From contig CAZZAT010000001.1 in assembly GCA_964652615.1 (NCBI GenBank), forward strand, positions 153,886 through 217,885: a stretch of 64,000 nucleotides of DNA, in the 5' to 3' direction. The notes under the pieces were generated by a model that saw only the letters and a program-made list of their open reading frames with translations, did no database searches and had not been told where the DNA came from. Shown piece after piece: positions 46,788 to 57,432 of the stretch. The DNA is from an uncultured Candidatus Saccharibacteria bacterium (GTDB lineage Bacteria; Patescibacteriota; Minisyncoccia; Phycocordibacterales; Phycocordibacteraceae). Numbering within the stretch: the stretch's first letter is position 1; each line of letters starts with the position of its first letter. The translations under genes and the position numbers were made by a program.

Positions 46788-48932
46788 GTGAATCCAAACG
46801 ATCCTCTTTCCCTCCACTTCAAGCACCTAAAGCCCGAACAGAAGTCGGCCCTTACCCGCCTTGGTATTCGCACCATACGCGATCTCTTGTATCACTTCCC
46901 GTTCCGCTACGACTCTTCGGAGAGCATACGCACTGTAGGGGCACTTGTTCCAGGCGAGACCGTAACACTCTACGGACAACTCAAAGGAGCAAAAGCAAAG
47001 CGAACGTGGAAGAGCCACACGCCTTCAGCTGAAGCATATCTTGAAGATGGCTCCGGACGCGTGAAGATTATGTGGTTTCGGCAGCCGTACATGGCAAAGA
47101 TGACCGAAGGCATGGGACTCGTGAAAGTAACGGGCAAGGTAGCGGGAACGGAAGGTAAGCTTTATATAACAAACCCCGCTATTGAAAAAGCGTCCACACT
47201 TCCTCCCACTTCCCCAGACTCGTTATTCGGTGGAGAGGCAACACTATTTGCCGTGTATCCAGAAACAAAAGGCGTCTCCTCGCTTTGGATACGGCACGCA
47301 ATTGAACGCGCAATTAAGGCTGGCGCACATGAAAAAATAGACGACATTATTCCCGAAGATCTGCGCACTGCGTACCACCTTCCTAAAGTATCCTCTGCAC
47401 TGGTATGGATGCATACGCCAAAGAAAGATGCGGATGCACACTCTGCGAAAAAGCGCTTTGCATTTGAAGAGGTATTTGCCATACAGCTGTCTGTACAGAA
47501 AGCAAAAGCAGAAGCGAAAGAGAAAGACGCACCTTCACTTACCGTTGACGCTGCAGTTGTTGACGCGTTTGTGCAGGATTTCCCCTTTACTCCAACTGAC
47601 GGTCAAAAAGACGCTATACAAGCGATACTTGCCGACTTTGAGAAACCGCATCCCATGCGCCGCCTCCTTGAAGGAGATGTGGGAAGCGGCAAGACTGCCG
47701 TTGCAGCAGCGACAGCGTATGCGGTTGCACATGCGCGAGACCGTGTGGGTTCTCGCCACCTGCAGGTTGCGTATATGTGCCCTACTGAAATACTTGCAAA
47801 ACAGCACTTCGCCTCTTTCATAGAGTTCTTCCGCAAGCACTCCCTCTCTATCGGCCTTATCACCGGCAAAGAGTGCTACAAGTTTCCTTCAAAGGTACGC
47901 GGAGAGGATGCGACACGCATTTCACGCGCACAGCTTTGCAAATGGGTCGCAAACGGCGAGATACCGCTGGTCATTGGTACGCATGCGCTCATACAAAAGG
48001 GGGTGGTGTTTCGCGAGCTTGCGTTCGCCATTATCGACGAGCAGCATCGCTTCGGAAAGATGCAGCGCCATACGCTTGCGAGAAAGGACGGAAAAGAACC
48101 GCATCTCCTTTCTATGACGGCAACTCCCATCCCGCGCACCCTTGCGCTCACGGTATATGGAGACCTTGATCTGACGGTGCTCGATCAGATGCCTTTAGGC
48201 CGTAAGCCGGTGATTACTGAAATCGTGTCGGACACAACAAGGAACAAGGCATATGCAAAAATGCACGAAGAACTGCAGGCAGGCCGCCAATGCTATGTCA
48301 TCTGTCCGCGCATTGATGAACCGGACCCGCAAAAAGAATTCGCGCTTCAAGCAAAGTCAGCCAAAAGCGAACAGGAGCGACTCCAGAAAGGAGAATTTAA
48401 GGAATACGCCGTGGGGCTTCTTCACAGCAAGATGACTCCTATCGAAAAAGAAGAAGCGATGCGTGCCTTCAAAGCAAACGAAACCCAGATACTCGTTGCA
48501 ACATCAGTGGTTGAAGTGGGCGTGAACGTCCCAAATGCAACCGTTATCTTGATTGAAGGTGCTGAACGCTTCGGCCTTGCCCAGCTCCACCAGCTTCGCG
48601 GGCGCGTCATACGCTCAAGTGAGCAGGCATACTGTTTTGTGCAAACAGAGAGCAAGGCGGCGAGTGTTGGACGCCTCAAAGCACTCGTTACCGCAAAGAA
48701 CGGCTTTGAGCTTGCCGAACGAGATCTTGCGCTTCGCGGTTCTGGAGAGCTGTATGGCCCGCGCCAATGGGGCGTTTCAGATATTGCCATGGAAGCACTC
48801 ACCAACTTGAAGATGGTGGAAGCGGCACGAAATGCAGCGAAGGCTATTGTTACAAAAGATCCTTCCCTTCTAAATCATCCTCTGCTTCTTGCGCGCGTAG
48901 AGCTTGTGGCGAAGAAGTTGTACGGTGAATAA
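46788..48932 (+). CDS. recG: ATP-dependent DNA helicase RecG
   Basis: Wedge domain, helicase motifs GDVGSGKT, DEQHRFG. 714 aa. Confidence 0.95.
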   Translation: MNPNDPLSLHFKHLKPEQKSALTRLGIRTIRDLLYHFPFRYDSSESIRTVGALVPGETVTLYGQLKGAKAKRTWKSHTPSAEAYLEDGSGRVKIMWFRQPYMAKMTEGMGLVKVTGKVAGTEGKLYITNPAIEKASTLPPTSPDSLFGGEATLFAVYPETKGVSSLWIRHAIERAIKAGAHEKIDDIIPEDLRTAYHLPKVSSALVWMHTPKKDADAHSAKKRFAFEEVFAIQLSVQKAKAEAKEKDAPSLTVDAAVVDAFVQDFPFTPTDGQKDAIQAILADFEKPHPMRRLLEGDVGSGKTAVAAATAYAVAHARDRVGSRHLQVAYMCPTEILAKQHFASFIEFFRKHSLSIGLITGKECYKFPSKVRGEDATRISRAQLCKWVANGEIPLVIGTHALIQKGVVFRELAFAIIDEQHRFGKMQRHTLARKDGKEPHLLSMTATPIPRTLALTVYGDLDLTVLDQMPLGRKPVITEIVSDTTRNKAYAKMHEELQAGRQCYVICPRIDEPDPQKEFALQAKSAKSEQERLQKGEFKEYAVGLLHSKMTPIEKEEAMRAFKANETQILVATSVVEVGVNVPNATVILIEGAERFGLAQLHQLRGRVIRSSEQAYCFVQTESKAASVGRLKALVTAKNGFELAERDLALRGSGELYGPRQWGVSDIAMEALTNLKMVEAARNAAKAIVTKDPSLLNHPLLLARVELVAKKLYGE

Positions 48933-49243
48933 ATAGGGTGAAGGCCCAGCACACGCTGAGCCTTCTTGCAGGTTATTTTCTATGGCCGGCTGCTTTCCGC
49001 CATTTCCGGATGAACCAGATCAAAAGGATGGCAACCCCAGAAACCATGCCGCCGATGATGGCGTATGGAAGCCACTCACAACCACACATACGGACATTCT
49101 TACCAGCAGCAGACGGATGCCTGCATGATGTTCTGGTAAGCCTTTCCTGCCTTTGACTATACTATATCTAGCGTATAAAGTCAATATTTTCCTTTGATCC
49201 AAAGTTGCGTCCCTCCCGCTCTCTGTGAGACACTCAAAAGAAC

Positions 49244-50059
49244 ATGTTCAAAAAGCTCTTTACCATCGTCGTCTATATCTTCGCCGCCATTGGCTTTATC
49301 TTGGTCGCAGGATACGCGGCAGTTCGTCTTGGACTCACCAATGAACCAGGAATTATCGATATGCAACGCGAAGGATTTCTCGGCGCTGCGGTAGGGCAAA
49401 GCTCGTATGAAGGTCCGTGGCAAGAAAGCGAAGAATGGGCAGTGCTTGAAGAGGCGCTTCGGCGCGATGAAGCAGTGTTAGAGCGTGCAGCACAAGATGC
49501 TGGCGTCCCTGCTCGCCTTATCGCGGCAAACCTCGTCGCTGAACAGCTCCGTCTCTTCTTTACGGAGCGTGAGGCGTATAAACAATTCTTCTACCCGCTT
49601 AAAATTCTCGGGCCGCAAACACAGTTCTCATGGGGTGTGATGGGTATGAAAGAAGAAACAGCAATTCCTGTTGAGCTACACCTTACCGACCGCTCTTCAG
49701 TGTTTTACCTTGGCCCCTCCTATGAAAGACTGCTCGATTTTCCAAAAGATACGCAGGACATAAAAACGGCACGCTTTACGCGCATGACCGACCAGCACGA
49801 CCATTACTGGAGCTACCTCTACGCAGGACTCTATCTAAAGCAGATAGAAGCACAGTGGCGAAGTGGAGGCTTCCCTATCGACAACCGTGTCGACATTCTC
49901 TCAACGCTCTACAACATCGGATTCGAACGCTCCGTGCCAAAAGCAAACCCCCAGACAGGAGGAGCGGCTATTCAAATAGCAGGCAAGGTATACAGCTTTG
50001 GCGGGCTCGCTTCAGAGTTCTACTACTCCGACCTCCTTATCGATGTGTTTCCTCGCTAG
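49244..50059 (+). CDS. hypothetical membrane-anchored protein
   Basis: N-terminal TM helix, 271 aa, no motif recognised. Confidence 0.5.
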   Translation: MFKKLFTIVVYIFAAIGFILVAGYAAVRLGLTNEPGIIDMQREGFLGAAVGQSSYEGPWQESEEWAVLEEALRRDEAVLERAAQDAGVPARLIAANLVAEQLRLFFTEREAYKQFFYPLKILGPQTQFSWGVMGMKEETAIPVELHLTDRSSVFYLGPSYERLLDFPKDTQDIKTARFTRMTDQHDHYWSYLYAGLYLKQIEAQWRSGGFPIDNRVDILSTLYNIGFERSVPKANPQTGGAAIQIAGKVYSFGGLASEFYYSDLLIDVFPR

Positions 50060-50073
50060 AAAAGAATCTGTTG

Positions 50074-50146
50074 TGCACCCGGCAGGCCTCGATCCTGCGA
50101 CCGCCTAGGTATAAGCTAGGTGCTCTACCAACTGAGCTACGGGTGC
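50074..50146 (-). tRNA. tRNA-Ile(UAU)
   Basis: GCACCCG acceptor, GCTC-AGTTGGTA-GAGC D-arm, anticodon stem CCTAG/CTAGG with loop CTTATAC (UAU), T-arm GCAGG-ATCGAGG-CCTGC. 73 nt. Confidence 0.8.
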
Positions 50147-50283
50147 CAAACCATACTACCTTTTCATCTTTCGTACGCCAACAATGCATACCGGAAGTCC
50201 TGCTACCAACATGCCGCGGCTTTTCCTTTTCCCTTCTTTTGCGCTACAGTGCCGGCAGTTGCACCTTACAGAAAGGGTTTTCG

Positions 50284-51201
50284 ATGATTAAGCATATCTT
50301 GAAAGCAACCAGCCTCTCGCCAGACGAACTGAAGCGCATCTGCGTGCGAGCAGCCAGCATGAACTGCGATGGGTACGAGAACATGCTTCCTAAAAAGCGT
50401 GTCGCCCTCCTCTTCTACCAAGCATCAACGCGCACACGCCTCTCGTTTGAAGCGTCTGTGGATGCTCTTGGTGGCAGAAAGCTCACCATGAGCGACATGG
50501 AACAGTTCTCTTCGGAGGTGAAGGGCGAATCGTTTGAAGACACCATCCGCGTCGTCTCTGGGTACTGCCACGCTATTGTCTTGCGCCATCCGCATGCGGG
50601 TGCCGCAGCAAAAGCCGCAGCAGTCTCAAGAGTCCCCATCATCAACGCAGGTGACGGAAACAACGAACATCCAACTCAAGCGTATCTTGACCTGTTCACC
50701 ATTTGGCAGGCCTTGAACGAGGATAGGCTCCCTGATAAGCCGCTCAACATCCTCTTCTTCGGGGATAATAAAAACAGTCGGACGGTGCGTTCCCTTGCAA
50801 CGCTCTTGGTGTCGCATGGACCTGCGCTTGGTATTCAGGTAGGGCGCATGCACTTTGGTGGTCCTGTCGGATACGGAACACCACCAAACGATGTCATAGA
50901 GGCGATTCGTACCTCGTGCGATTTCTCGCTCTCGAGCGCACCGCAATCGCTCTCCGATACGGACATTGTGTATGTAACGCGTCCGCAGAAGGAGTATCAT
51001 GGCGACACGAAAATCGAAGTGATCCCATTCACTCCGGAACTTGCCGCCCTTCTTCCTGCGCAAGCAATCATCATGCACCCGCTCCCGCGCACCACCGAGC
51101 TCCCTGTTGAGCTCGACAATGATCCGCGCGCCGTGTACTTTCGGCAATCGGATAACGGTATGCTCATTCGAATGGCGCTTTTGTGGCACTTGCTGCAATA
51201 G
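50284..51201 (+). CDS. pyrB: aspartate carbamoyltransferase catalytic subunit
   Basis: STRTR, HPTQ and HPLP motifs. 305 aa. The listed 448-aa ORF's N-terminal extension overlaps the tRNA and is rejected. Confidence 0.85.
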   Translation: MIKHILKATSLSPDELKRICVRAASMNCDGYENMLPKKRVALLFYQASTRTRLSFEASVDALGGRKLTMSDMEQFSSEVKGESFEDTIRVVSGYCHAIVLRHPHAGAAAKAAAVSRVPIINAGDGNNEHPTQAYLDLFTIWQALNEDRLPDKPLNILFFGDNKNSRTVRSLATLLVSHGPALGIQVGRMHFGGPVGYGTPPNDVIEAIRTSCDFSLSSAPQSLSDTDIVYVTRPQKEYHGDTKIEVIPFTPELAALLPAQAIIMHPLPRTTELPVELDNDPRAVYFRQSDNGMLIRMALLWHLLQ

Positions 51202-51426
51202 TGAGTTTGGCCGCGGCACACATGTGTCGCGGCTTTTCTTTTACCTATCCTCGCGCTACGCTTAGAAAAGAAGGAGGAAGCGATGCGTTGGTTCTTGCAA
51301 CTTCTCAAACAATGGACGCGTTCTGACGAGGAACTCTCGAAAGAGACGCTCGTGCCGTACCACACGCTCCTGTACGCAGGAATTGCGGCATGAAAAATGC
51401 GCTGGCCTTTGCCAGCGCATTTCTTC

Positions 51427-53376
51427 TTATTTCCCTTCTGCCTCCTTTTCTTTCGGCGTTATGCCGTTTGCAATGAGAAGCTTTTCAAATTCATCACGCT
51501 CCATCGTCTCTATTTCAACAAGCTTCTCGCTCATGGCATCAAGCGCGCTACGATGATCATCGAGGACTTGGCGCGCCTTCTGCTTTGCACCTTCGATGAT
51601 GCGTGCGACTTCCGTGTCTATCTTCGCCGCTACTTCTTCCGAGTATTCATTCTCTCCGCTGGTGCGGTCGTTTTCAAAAGCAATAGGGCCAAGCTCACTC
51701 ATGCCGTAGCGAACCACCATGTCGCGCGCAAGAGCAGATGCAACCGAGAGATCGTTATGGGGGCCAGTCGTAATATCGCCAAAGACAAGGTCTTCAGCAA
51801 CATATCCGCCAAGCGTTGAAGCAATATCATCCAAGAATTGCTTTCTCGACTGCATCTTCTTATCTTCAAACGGAAGCTTGAGCGTGTATCCTGCAGCGCG
51901 GCCACGACTAATGATAGATACCTTATGCACCGGATCAGCGTAGGGCAGCACAGAAGAAACGAGTGCATGGCCCATTTCATGGTATGCGGTAACGCGCTTT
52001 TCTTTTACGGAAAGCAAGTGGCTCTTGCGTTCAGGGCCAAGCATCACCTTTTCAATGGAGCGTATAAGGTCGTACTGGGTTATTTCCTTGCGGTCTTCAC
52101 GCGCAGCAAGAATAGCGCCCTCGTTCATAAGCGAGTAGAGCTCTGCTCCGGAGAAGCCAGGAGTGCGTTCAGCAATAACTTCAAGCTTCACATCAGCGCC
52201 AAGCGGCTTCTTGCGCGCATGCACCTTGAGGATTTCCTCGCGATCCTTGCGGTCGGGGAGATCTATCGTAACGCGGCGGTCAAAGCGGCCTGGACGAAGC
52301 AGTGCCGGATCAAGAACATCAGGGCGGTTTGTTGCGGCCATCACGATAACCTTCTCGGTTGGATCAAACCCGTCCATCTCGACGAGTATCTGGTTCAACG
52401 TTTGTTCGCGCTCGTCGTTGCCTCCCCCTACCCCGGTACCGCGCACGCGCCCCACCGCATCAATTTCATCTACGAAAATAATGGCAGGGGCTGTGCGCTT
52501 TGCCATTTGGAACAAATCGCGTACGCGCGATGCGCCAACGCCAACAAACATCTCAACGAACTCGGATCCTGAAATGGAGAAGAACGGCACGCCCGCTTCT
52601 CCTGCAACGGCGCGCGCAAGCAACGTCTTTCCCGTACCTGGTGCACCCATCAAGATGATGCCTTTGGGGATGCGTGCACCGATATCCAAGAACTTCTTCG
52701 GATTTTTTAAGAAGTCGACAATTTCCGCGAGTTCTTCTTTTGCTTCTTTTGCGCCAGCAACATCAGCGAAGACAACGCGCTGGGACGTATCTTTTGGATC
52801 AATGACACGCGCCTTCGACTGCCCGAAGGTAAACGCCTGCATGCCTGCACCTTTAACCTGCCGCATCAAGAACCAGAAGAGAACGATAAGGAACAAGAGC
52901 GGAATGAGAATAGGTGCAAGGGTGCTAAACCAGAACATAAAGCCTGACGGGCTTTGTATCGTAATGCTTGCCTTTGCAAGCTCTTCAGGAAGAACGCCAT
53001 AGGTAGCGAGCGTCTCGGGAAGCGCAGCATCTGGGTCTTTCATCGAGGTACGCTCAACGCCGTCAGCATAGGTCAAGGTGAGATCGTTTCCTTCAACAAC
53101 AATAGAGGTAACGAGCCCTGCCTTCACATCTCCTGCCACCTGCGAGAGCGCTATCTCTTCCTTCTTTCCTGACTGGTCAGTAATAAGGGTGTAGAGCGAG
53201 GAGAGGATAAGGAAGATGAGTATCGCGTAGAGGAGATTGCCTAGAAAACCGCCGCGTGGTGGTGGAGTGAGCAAAGGCGGAAGCTTTGGGTTCTTCCCTT
53301 TTCCTTTCTTCTGCACGCCCTTTGTTGCAGGCTTTTTTACTGGCGGCAGTTTCGTTGGAGGCATAATGCGACTCAC
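51427..53376 (-). CDS. ftsH: ATP-dependent zinc metalloprotease FtsH
   Basis: AAA Walker [18 protein letters not shown] zinc motif, two N-terminal TM segments. Confidence 0.95.
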   Translation of the reverse strand: MSRIMPPTKLPPVKKPATKGVQKKGKGKNPKLPPLLTPPPRGGFLGNLLYAILIFLILSSLYTLITDQSGKKEEIALSQVAGDVKAGLVTSIVVEGNDLTLTYADGVERTSMKDPDAALPETLATYGVLPEELAKASITIQSPSGFMFWFSTLAPILIPLLFLIVLFWFLMRQVKGAGMQAFTFGQSKARVIDPKDTSQRVVFADVAGAKEAKEELAEIVDFLKNPKKFLDIGARIPKGIILMGAPGTGKTLLARAVAGEAGVPFFSISGSEFVEMFVGVGASRVRDLFQMAKRTAPAIIFVDEIDAVGRVRGTGVGGGNDEREQTLNQILVEMDGFDPTEKVIVMAATNRPDVLDPALLRPGRFDRRVTIDLPDRKDREEILKVHARKKPLGADVKLEVIAERTPGFSGAELYSLMNEGAILAAREDRKEITQYDLIRSIEKVMLGPERKSHLLSVKEKRVTAYHEMGHALVSSVLPYADPVHKVSIISRGRAAGYTLKLPFEDKKMQSRKQFLDDIASTLGGYVAEDLVFGDITTGPHNDLSVASALARDMVVRYGMSELGPIAFENDRTSGENEYSEEVAAKIDTEVARIIEGAKQKARQVLDDHRSALDAMSEKLVEIETMERDEFEKLLIANGITPKEKEAEGK

Positions 53377-53382
53377 TATACC

Positions 53383-53853
53383 GTGCCCATTAATGATACG
53401 CTAGCAGGAATGAGCATATTGCTTGAGAACAAGAAGGCGCGTTTGCGGTTTCAAGTGCTTGAAACGTATTCCGCCGGCATCGAGCTCTCGGGAGCCGAAA
53501 CAAAATCCTTGCGCAGTAAGCACGGTTCTCTTGAGGGTGCCAGGGTCATCGTGCGCGGAGGTGAAGCGTATCTTGTGGGCGCAACCATTCCTCCCTACCA
53601 AGCAAAGAACACGCCAGAGAGCTATGATCCCGAGCGCTCGAGAAGACTTCTTCTGAAAAAGAGCGAGATAGCAGAGCTTGCTGAAGGCGAATCAAAGAAA
53701 GGCTTGACAATTGTGCCTTTAGAGGTATATAATAATAGGTATATCAAGGTGCGTGTTGCGCTCGTGAAAGGTAAAGGCAAGGCAGATAAGCGCGAAGACC
53801 TTAAAAAGCGCGATGCTAAGCGAGAAGCCGAGCGAGTATTAAAGCGCCGCTAA
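53383..53853 (+). CDS. smpB: SsrA-binding protein
   Basis: Conserved SmpB core (LLENKKARLRFQVLETYSAGIELSGAE...KSEIAEL...). 156 aa with a basic C-terminal tail. Confidence 0.95.
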   Translation: MPINDTLAGMSILLENKKARLRFQVLETYSAGIELSGAETKSLRSKHGSLEGARVIVRGGEAYLVGATIPPYQAKNTPESYDPERSRRLLLKKSEIAELAEGESKKGLTIVPLEVYNNRYIKVRVALVKGKGKADKREDLKKRDAKREAERVLKRR

Positions 53854-53899
53854 AAGCGGGCTCGCAGTAAGCAGAGGAACGAGGTATCGTCTTCTTACT

Positions 53900-54306
53900 G
53901 GGGGTGACCGGCTTTGACGGTCTGTTCTTTGAGAGACGTGCGACGCGGCGGAAGTTTGCTGTCCGCCTACAAACGCAAACAAACATACTTGCAAAGAACA
54001 CTCTTGCAAGCGTGAAGTCTCCATACTTCGGTATGTCTGATTTCGCGTTCGCTTACGCGCGCGCCTAACGGCCCTTCGCCTAAGCGACATCCAGCCAGCT
54101 GAGATCTCATAGTCTCTGGTTTCTGGGTGTAATTACCTATGAGATGGACACTCTGTTTTCCCGTGCAGAGGTCGAGATAAGGGATACGATAGGAGCGGTT
54201 TCGTGCCGGTTCCTCGCGCCCTATCGGAATGCCTAGCCGGCACTACGCGTCGTAGACTCGCTCTCAAAGACGGATTCGGACTGGAGTTCGATTCTCCACA
54301 CCTCCA
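53900..54306 (+). ncRNA. ssrA: tmRNA (ssrA)
   Basis: 5' GGGGGTGACCGGCTTTGACGG (acceptor strand plus the GGNUUYGACGG box). 3' GGAG-TTCGATT-CTCCA T-arm followed by CACCTCC pairing the 5' GGGGGTG, then A-CA. About 407 nt, directly downstream of smpB. Tag ORF not confidently identified. Confidence 0.7.
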
Positions 54307-54367
54307 CAGCTATACTCATTTTGACTATACTCAAAATGACTGGAAATACCGCCTCTCAGGCGGTTTT

Positions 54368-54829
54368 CTAGTTGAGCATCATGACTGCGTAGTTCAAGTA
54401 TGCAGCAAAGAATACCCAAACGGTGTATGGCAGAAGAAGTAGTGACGCCTTCTGTGAACGCGGATAAATAAGCGCCATAAGCGCAAGAACCGATACACCG
54501 AGAAGGAGCGCGCACCACACGGCTCCACCAAGCAGGTGCAATTGGAAAAAGATAATGCTCCATGCAAGGTTGATGAGTGTACTGAGCGCGTACCCGCCCA
54601 TAATCCAGATGAATCGTTTGTCGTGAGGAGTTTTATTCCAGACGGTAAGAAGAGACCATGCCGCAAGGACATAAATTACTGCCCAGATAAGTGCAATGAT
54701 TCCTGCTGGCGGATTCCACACTGGAAGCGTAAGTGTGTGATACCACACAACGCCTCCGCTATTCAAAATGCCGCCGAATATGAACGCCAGTATCGCTAGG
54801 TATGGAATTGCGAGGTGATTCAACTTCAT
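54368..54829 (-). CDS. TspO/MBR-family (tryptophan-rich sensory protein) membrane protein
   Basis: Five TM segments and a Trp-rich pattern, about 150 aa, as in TspO. Confidence 0.65.
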   Translation of the reverse strand: MKLNHLAIPYLAILAFIFGGILNSGGVVWYHTLTLPVWNPPAGIIALIWAVIYVLAAWSLLTVWNKTPHDKRFIWIMGGYALSTLINLAWSIIFFQLHLLGGAVWCALLLGVSVLALMALIYPRSQKASLLLLPYTVWVFFAAYLNYAVMMLN

Positions 54830-55233
54830 GGCGTAAGGTCATCAGTGGTTTCCCCTTCAAAGTGCTCGTCATTTTTAAGCGCGTCTGCTTTCGTCTTGTG
54901 TACGATTGCGTCCTTGTGGTGTGGTGGCGAATAGAGCGTATAGAGTTTCAACGCATCACTTTGCGAAGTGTTCTTGATGTTATGTCGCACTCCTGCGGGA
55001 ATAACGACCACAGAACCATCAGTAAGTTCACGCTCAACTCCATCTAATATACTTTGCCCTTCCCCCTCCTCAACGCGTATGAACTGGTCGACATCGTGGA
55101 CCTCCTCGCCAATATCTTCTCCCACAGGAATAGACATAACCACAAGCTGGGAGCGCTCAGCCGTGTAGAGGACACGGCGGAAATCCTCGTTTTCTAGGGT
55201 GACTTGTTCTATGTTGGTGACGAATCCTTTCAT
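54826..55233 (-). CDS. cupin-domain protein (start at MKGFV)
   Basis: Cupin motifs G(x)5HxH-like (PVGEDIGEEVHDVDQ) and IPAGVRHN. Confidence 0.65.
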   Translation of the reverse strand: MKGFVTNIEQVTLENEDFRRVLYTAERSQLVVMSIPVGEDIGEEVHDVDQFIRVEEGEGQSILDGVERELTDGSVVVIPAGVRHNIKNTSQSDALKLYTLYSPPHHKDAIVHKTKADALKNDEHFEGETTDDLTP

Positions 55234-55267
55234 GCATTTATGGTAGCACTTTCTGGGGTGTACACTA

Positions 55268-55732
55268 TTGGCCATGACTGAAACTGGAAAAGCAGGTGCT
55301 AAGTCCTTCCTGCAAAAGCATTCCGTTGGTGTGCTGGCCAGCCTTTCCCCAGACGGCACTCCCCGCGCCCGTACCGTCTACTACGCTACTGACGACTCGT
55401 TTAGCGTCTATTTCTGTACGCTTACGAGCACCAGAAAAATAGAAGATATCGCTAAAGACGCACACGGAGCTTTCGTAGTATCTGACGAGAATGCTCCCCA
55501 GACCATCCAAATAGAAGGAACAATCTCCAACCTCACTGAAACAGCGACAATTAACGATGTCATCCACAGACTTTCAGAGAAGTTTATGGAGCGTGGTGCT
55601 CAGTTTGCCCCGCTTACCCACTTGGACTCAGGGAAAATAGCATTCTACAAACTCACACCGACATGGGTACGCTTTGGAGATTTCACCGATGGCTTTGGTT
55701 CTGATAAAACCTTTACTGAGATACTGCTCTAA
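55268..55732 (+). CDS. pyridoxamine 5'-phosphate oxidase-family FMN-binding protein
   Basis: Split-barrel PNPOx-like pattern (VGVLASLSPDGTPRARTVYY). 154 aa. Confidence 0.65.
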   Translation: MAMTETGKAGAKSFLQKHSVGVLASLSPDGTPRARTVYYATDDSFSVYFCTLTSTRKIEDIAKDAHGAFVVSDENAPQTIQIEGTISNLTETATINDVIHRLSEKFMERGAQFAPLTHLDSGKIAFYKLTPTWVRFGDFTDGFGSDKTFTEILL

Positions 55733-56241
55733 CGCTTCTTGCGGGCAGATTGTGCTTTCTTGATATTTGCTTTCTGTGCCCGCTTCATTGCAGGAGTTGG
55801 CTTTGCTCGTTCAGGAACATTCTTTACAGGGTGCGCGGTAAACACATCTCCTTTCACATGGGTAATCTTTCCTCGTAATGCCTTTGCGAGTGCCGTTCGC
55901 TCTTTCTTGTCATCAATAACCAGCACGCCTTTAGTATTTACATGCGCATTCTTTTTAGAGACAAGCCATGTAGCTGTTGCCCAGCTTCCGCTTGAACGGC
56001 GACCAGCGATGCGTTCCAGTCCACCTTTCCCTCCAACATCCTGCGTACGGAACGAAGTGAAACTGCCTTTTGGTCGCACCTCAATGCGGTAGAATTTACC
56101 AGCACCAGTAGTGCCTGGCTTCTTTCTTCCGCGTCCCTGTGGTTGTGCAAGCGAATGCTGCCGCTTAGACATGCTCTTCCATTTGTTCTGTGCCTTTCGG
56201 ATGTTCTTCTTTGCAGCAGTAGCCTGTTTTCGAGTAGCCAT
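55729..56241 (-). CDS. hypothetical highly basic protein (K/R-rich termini)
   Basis: 170 aa with about 25% Lys plus Arg. Possible nucleic-acid-binding protein. Confidence 0.45.
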   Translation of the reverse strand: MATRKQATAAKKNIRKAQNKWKSMSKRQHSLAQPQGRGRKKPGTTGAGKFYRIEVRPKGSFTSFRTQDVGGKGGLERIAGRRSSGSWATATWLVSKKNAHVNTKGVLVIDDKKERTALAKALRGKITHVKGDVFTAHPVKNVPERAKPTPAMKRAQKANIKKAQSARKKR

Positions 56242-56330
56242 AGCAGAGTAAATATTGGTAAGTGTCCTCTATATTCTACTACCGCACGAAGGAATGTGGT
56301 GGACTGTCAACGGTGGCTTAAAATGACTTT

Positions 56331-57200
56331 ATGAGACTGGCAGTCGTCCACACCATTCCCGCCATAGTCGTTCTTGGCGCGCTAACTGCATGGACGCTCA
56401 GCATATCCCCTGCCGATTCAATTCCTGAACAGGAACCAGAGGTGCCTGTTCCTACCACTGCTTCCACTACCCCAACACAAGCAGTAATCAACTACATAGA
56501 GGTCATCGATAGTTGTGGACCCCATTTTGAAGGCGAGTGTGTCAACATTCGTTCTGGACCGTCAAGCACATTCCCTGCTGTTGCAAAACTCCGGAACGGA
56601 ATTGTACTTGCTGTTGCGACCACAACTACAACTGATGATGGTGGCACGGACTGGTACAAAGTTGTGTTTAGTGAGTGGATTCGTTATCCAGAGCGCGTAG
56701 GTAAAGAGTGGTATGTCGCAACTACCTACACGAAAGGTTTTGTTGATGTTGGCCCTCAAGAATATGAGGCGCCTCTTCCTGCTCTGCTTCAACAAGCAGG
56801 AGAAAAGCTAGGACTTGTATCTCCAGAAAAACGAATTCTCGTTGACCGCTCTGAACAGAAACTCTACGCTTATGAAGGAGACGATCTCTTTCTAGAGTCA
56901 GCAATATCAACGGGGCTTGACCTTACCCCAACGCCACGCGGCACCTTCAGTGTCTATAAGAAGACTCCGAGCCGATATATGCAGGGACCTCTGCCTGGCA
57001 TCAGCGACCAGTACTACGACCTCCCTGGAGTGCCTTGGAACATGTACTTCACCAAAGAAGGTGGGGCTATTCATGGAGCGTATTGGCACACGGAGTTTGG
57101 GAAACAGTGGTCGCACGGATGCGTGAATCTTCCTCTCGATGTAGCGCGTACTCTTTATGACTGGACTCCGCTTGGTACGACAGTAGTTGTGCAAGACTAG
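56331..57200 (+). CDS. L,D-transpeptidase (YkuD domain) with N-terminal TM and SH3b-like region
   Basis: Catalytic HGAYWHTEFGKQWSHGCVNLP (His...Ser-His-Gly-Cys) motif. Confidence 0.85.
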   Translation: MRLAVVHTIPAIVVLGALTAWTLSISPADSIPEQEPEVPVPTTASTTPTQAVINYIEVIDSCGPHFEGECVNIRSGPSSTFPAVAKLRNGIVLAVATTTTTDDGGTDWYKVVFSEWIRYPERVGKEWYVATTYTKGFVDVGPQEYEAPLPALLQQAGEKLGLVSPEKRILVDRSEQKLYAYEGDDLFLESAISTGLDLTPTPRGTFSVYKKTPSRYMQGPLPGISDQYYDLPGVPWNMYFTKEGGAIHGAYWHTEFGKQWSHGCVNLPLDVARTLYDWTPLGTTVVVQD

Positions 57201-57432
57201 TGGTTCTAATCTCTGTAGGCCTACCTATTCATTTTGATTACACCGATTGGCTTTCCTACTCTCTACTCCCCTACCATTCGTCTACGACAGATAGGAAGTT
57301 TGTTGCTCTGCTTAACAGAAGTGAGGTTCTAACGTCTGTAAGCCACCTCCACAAAACTACAACGTCCCGCCTACCAGCGGGACGTTGTCTTGTAGTGCTA
57401 TACTCCCCTTCGGACCAACCACGAGGACTCCT

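Noticed and set aside
49855-50283. N-terminal 143-aa extension of the pyrB ORF
   Set aside because: The extension overlaps tRNA-Ile(UAU) on the opposite strand and has no ATCase similarity. Conserved ATCase sequence begins at the ATG at 50284.
51838-53002. 244-aa and 279-aa plus-strand ORFs
   Set aside because: Antisense to ftsH. Compositionally biased.
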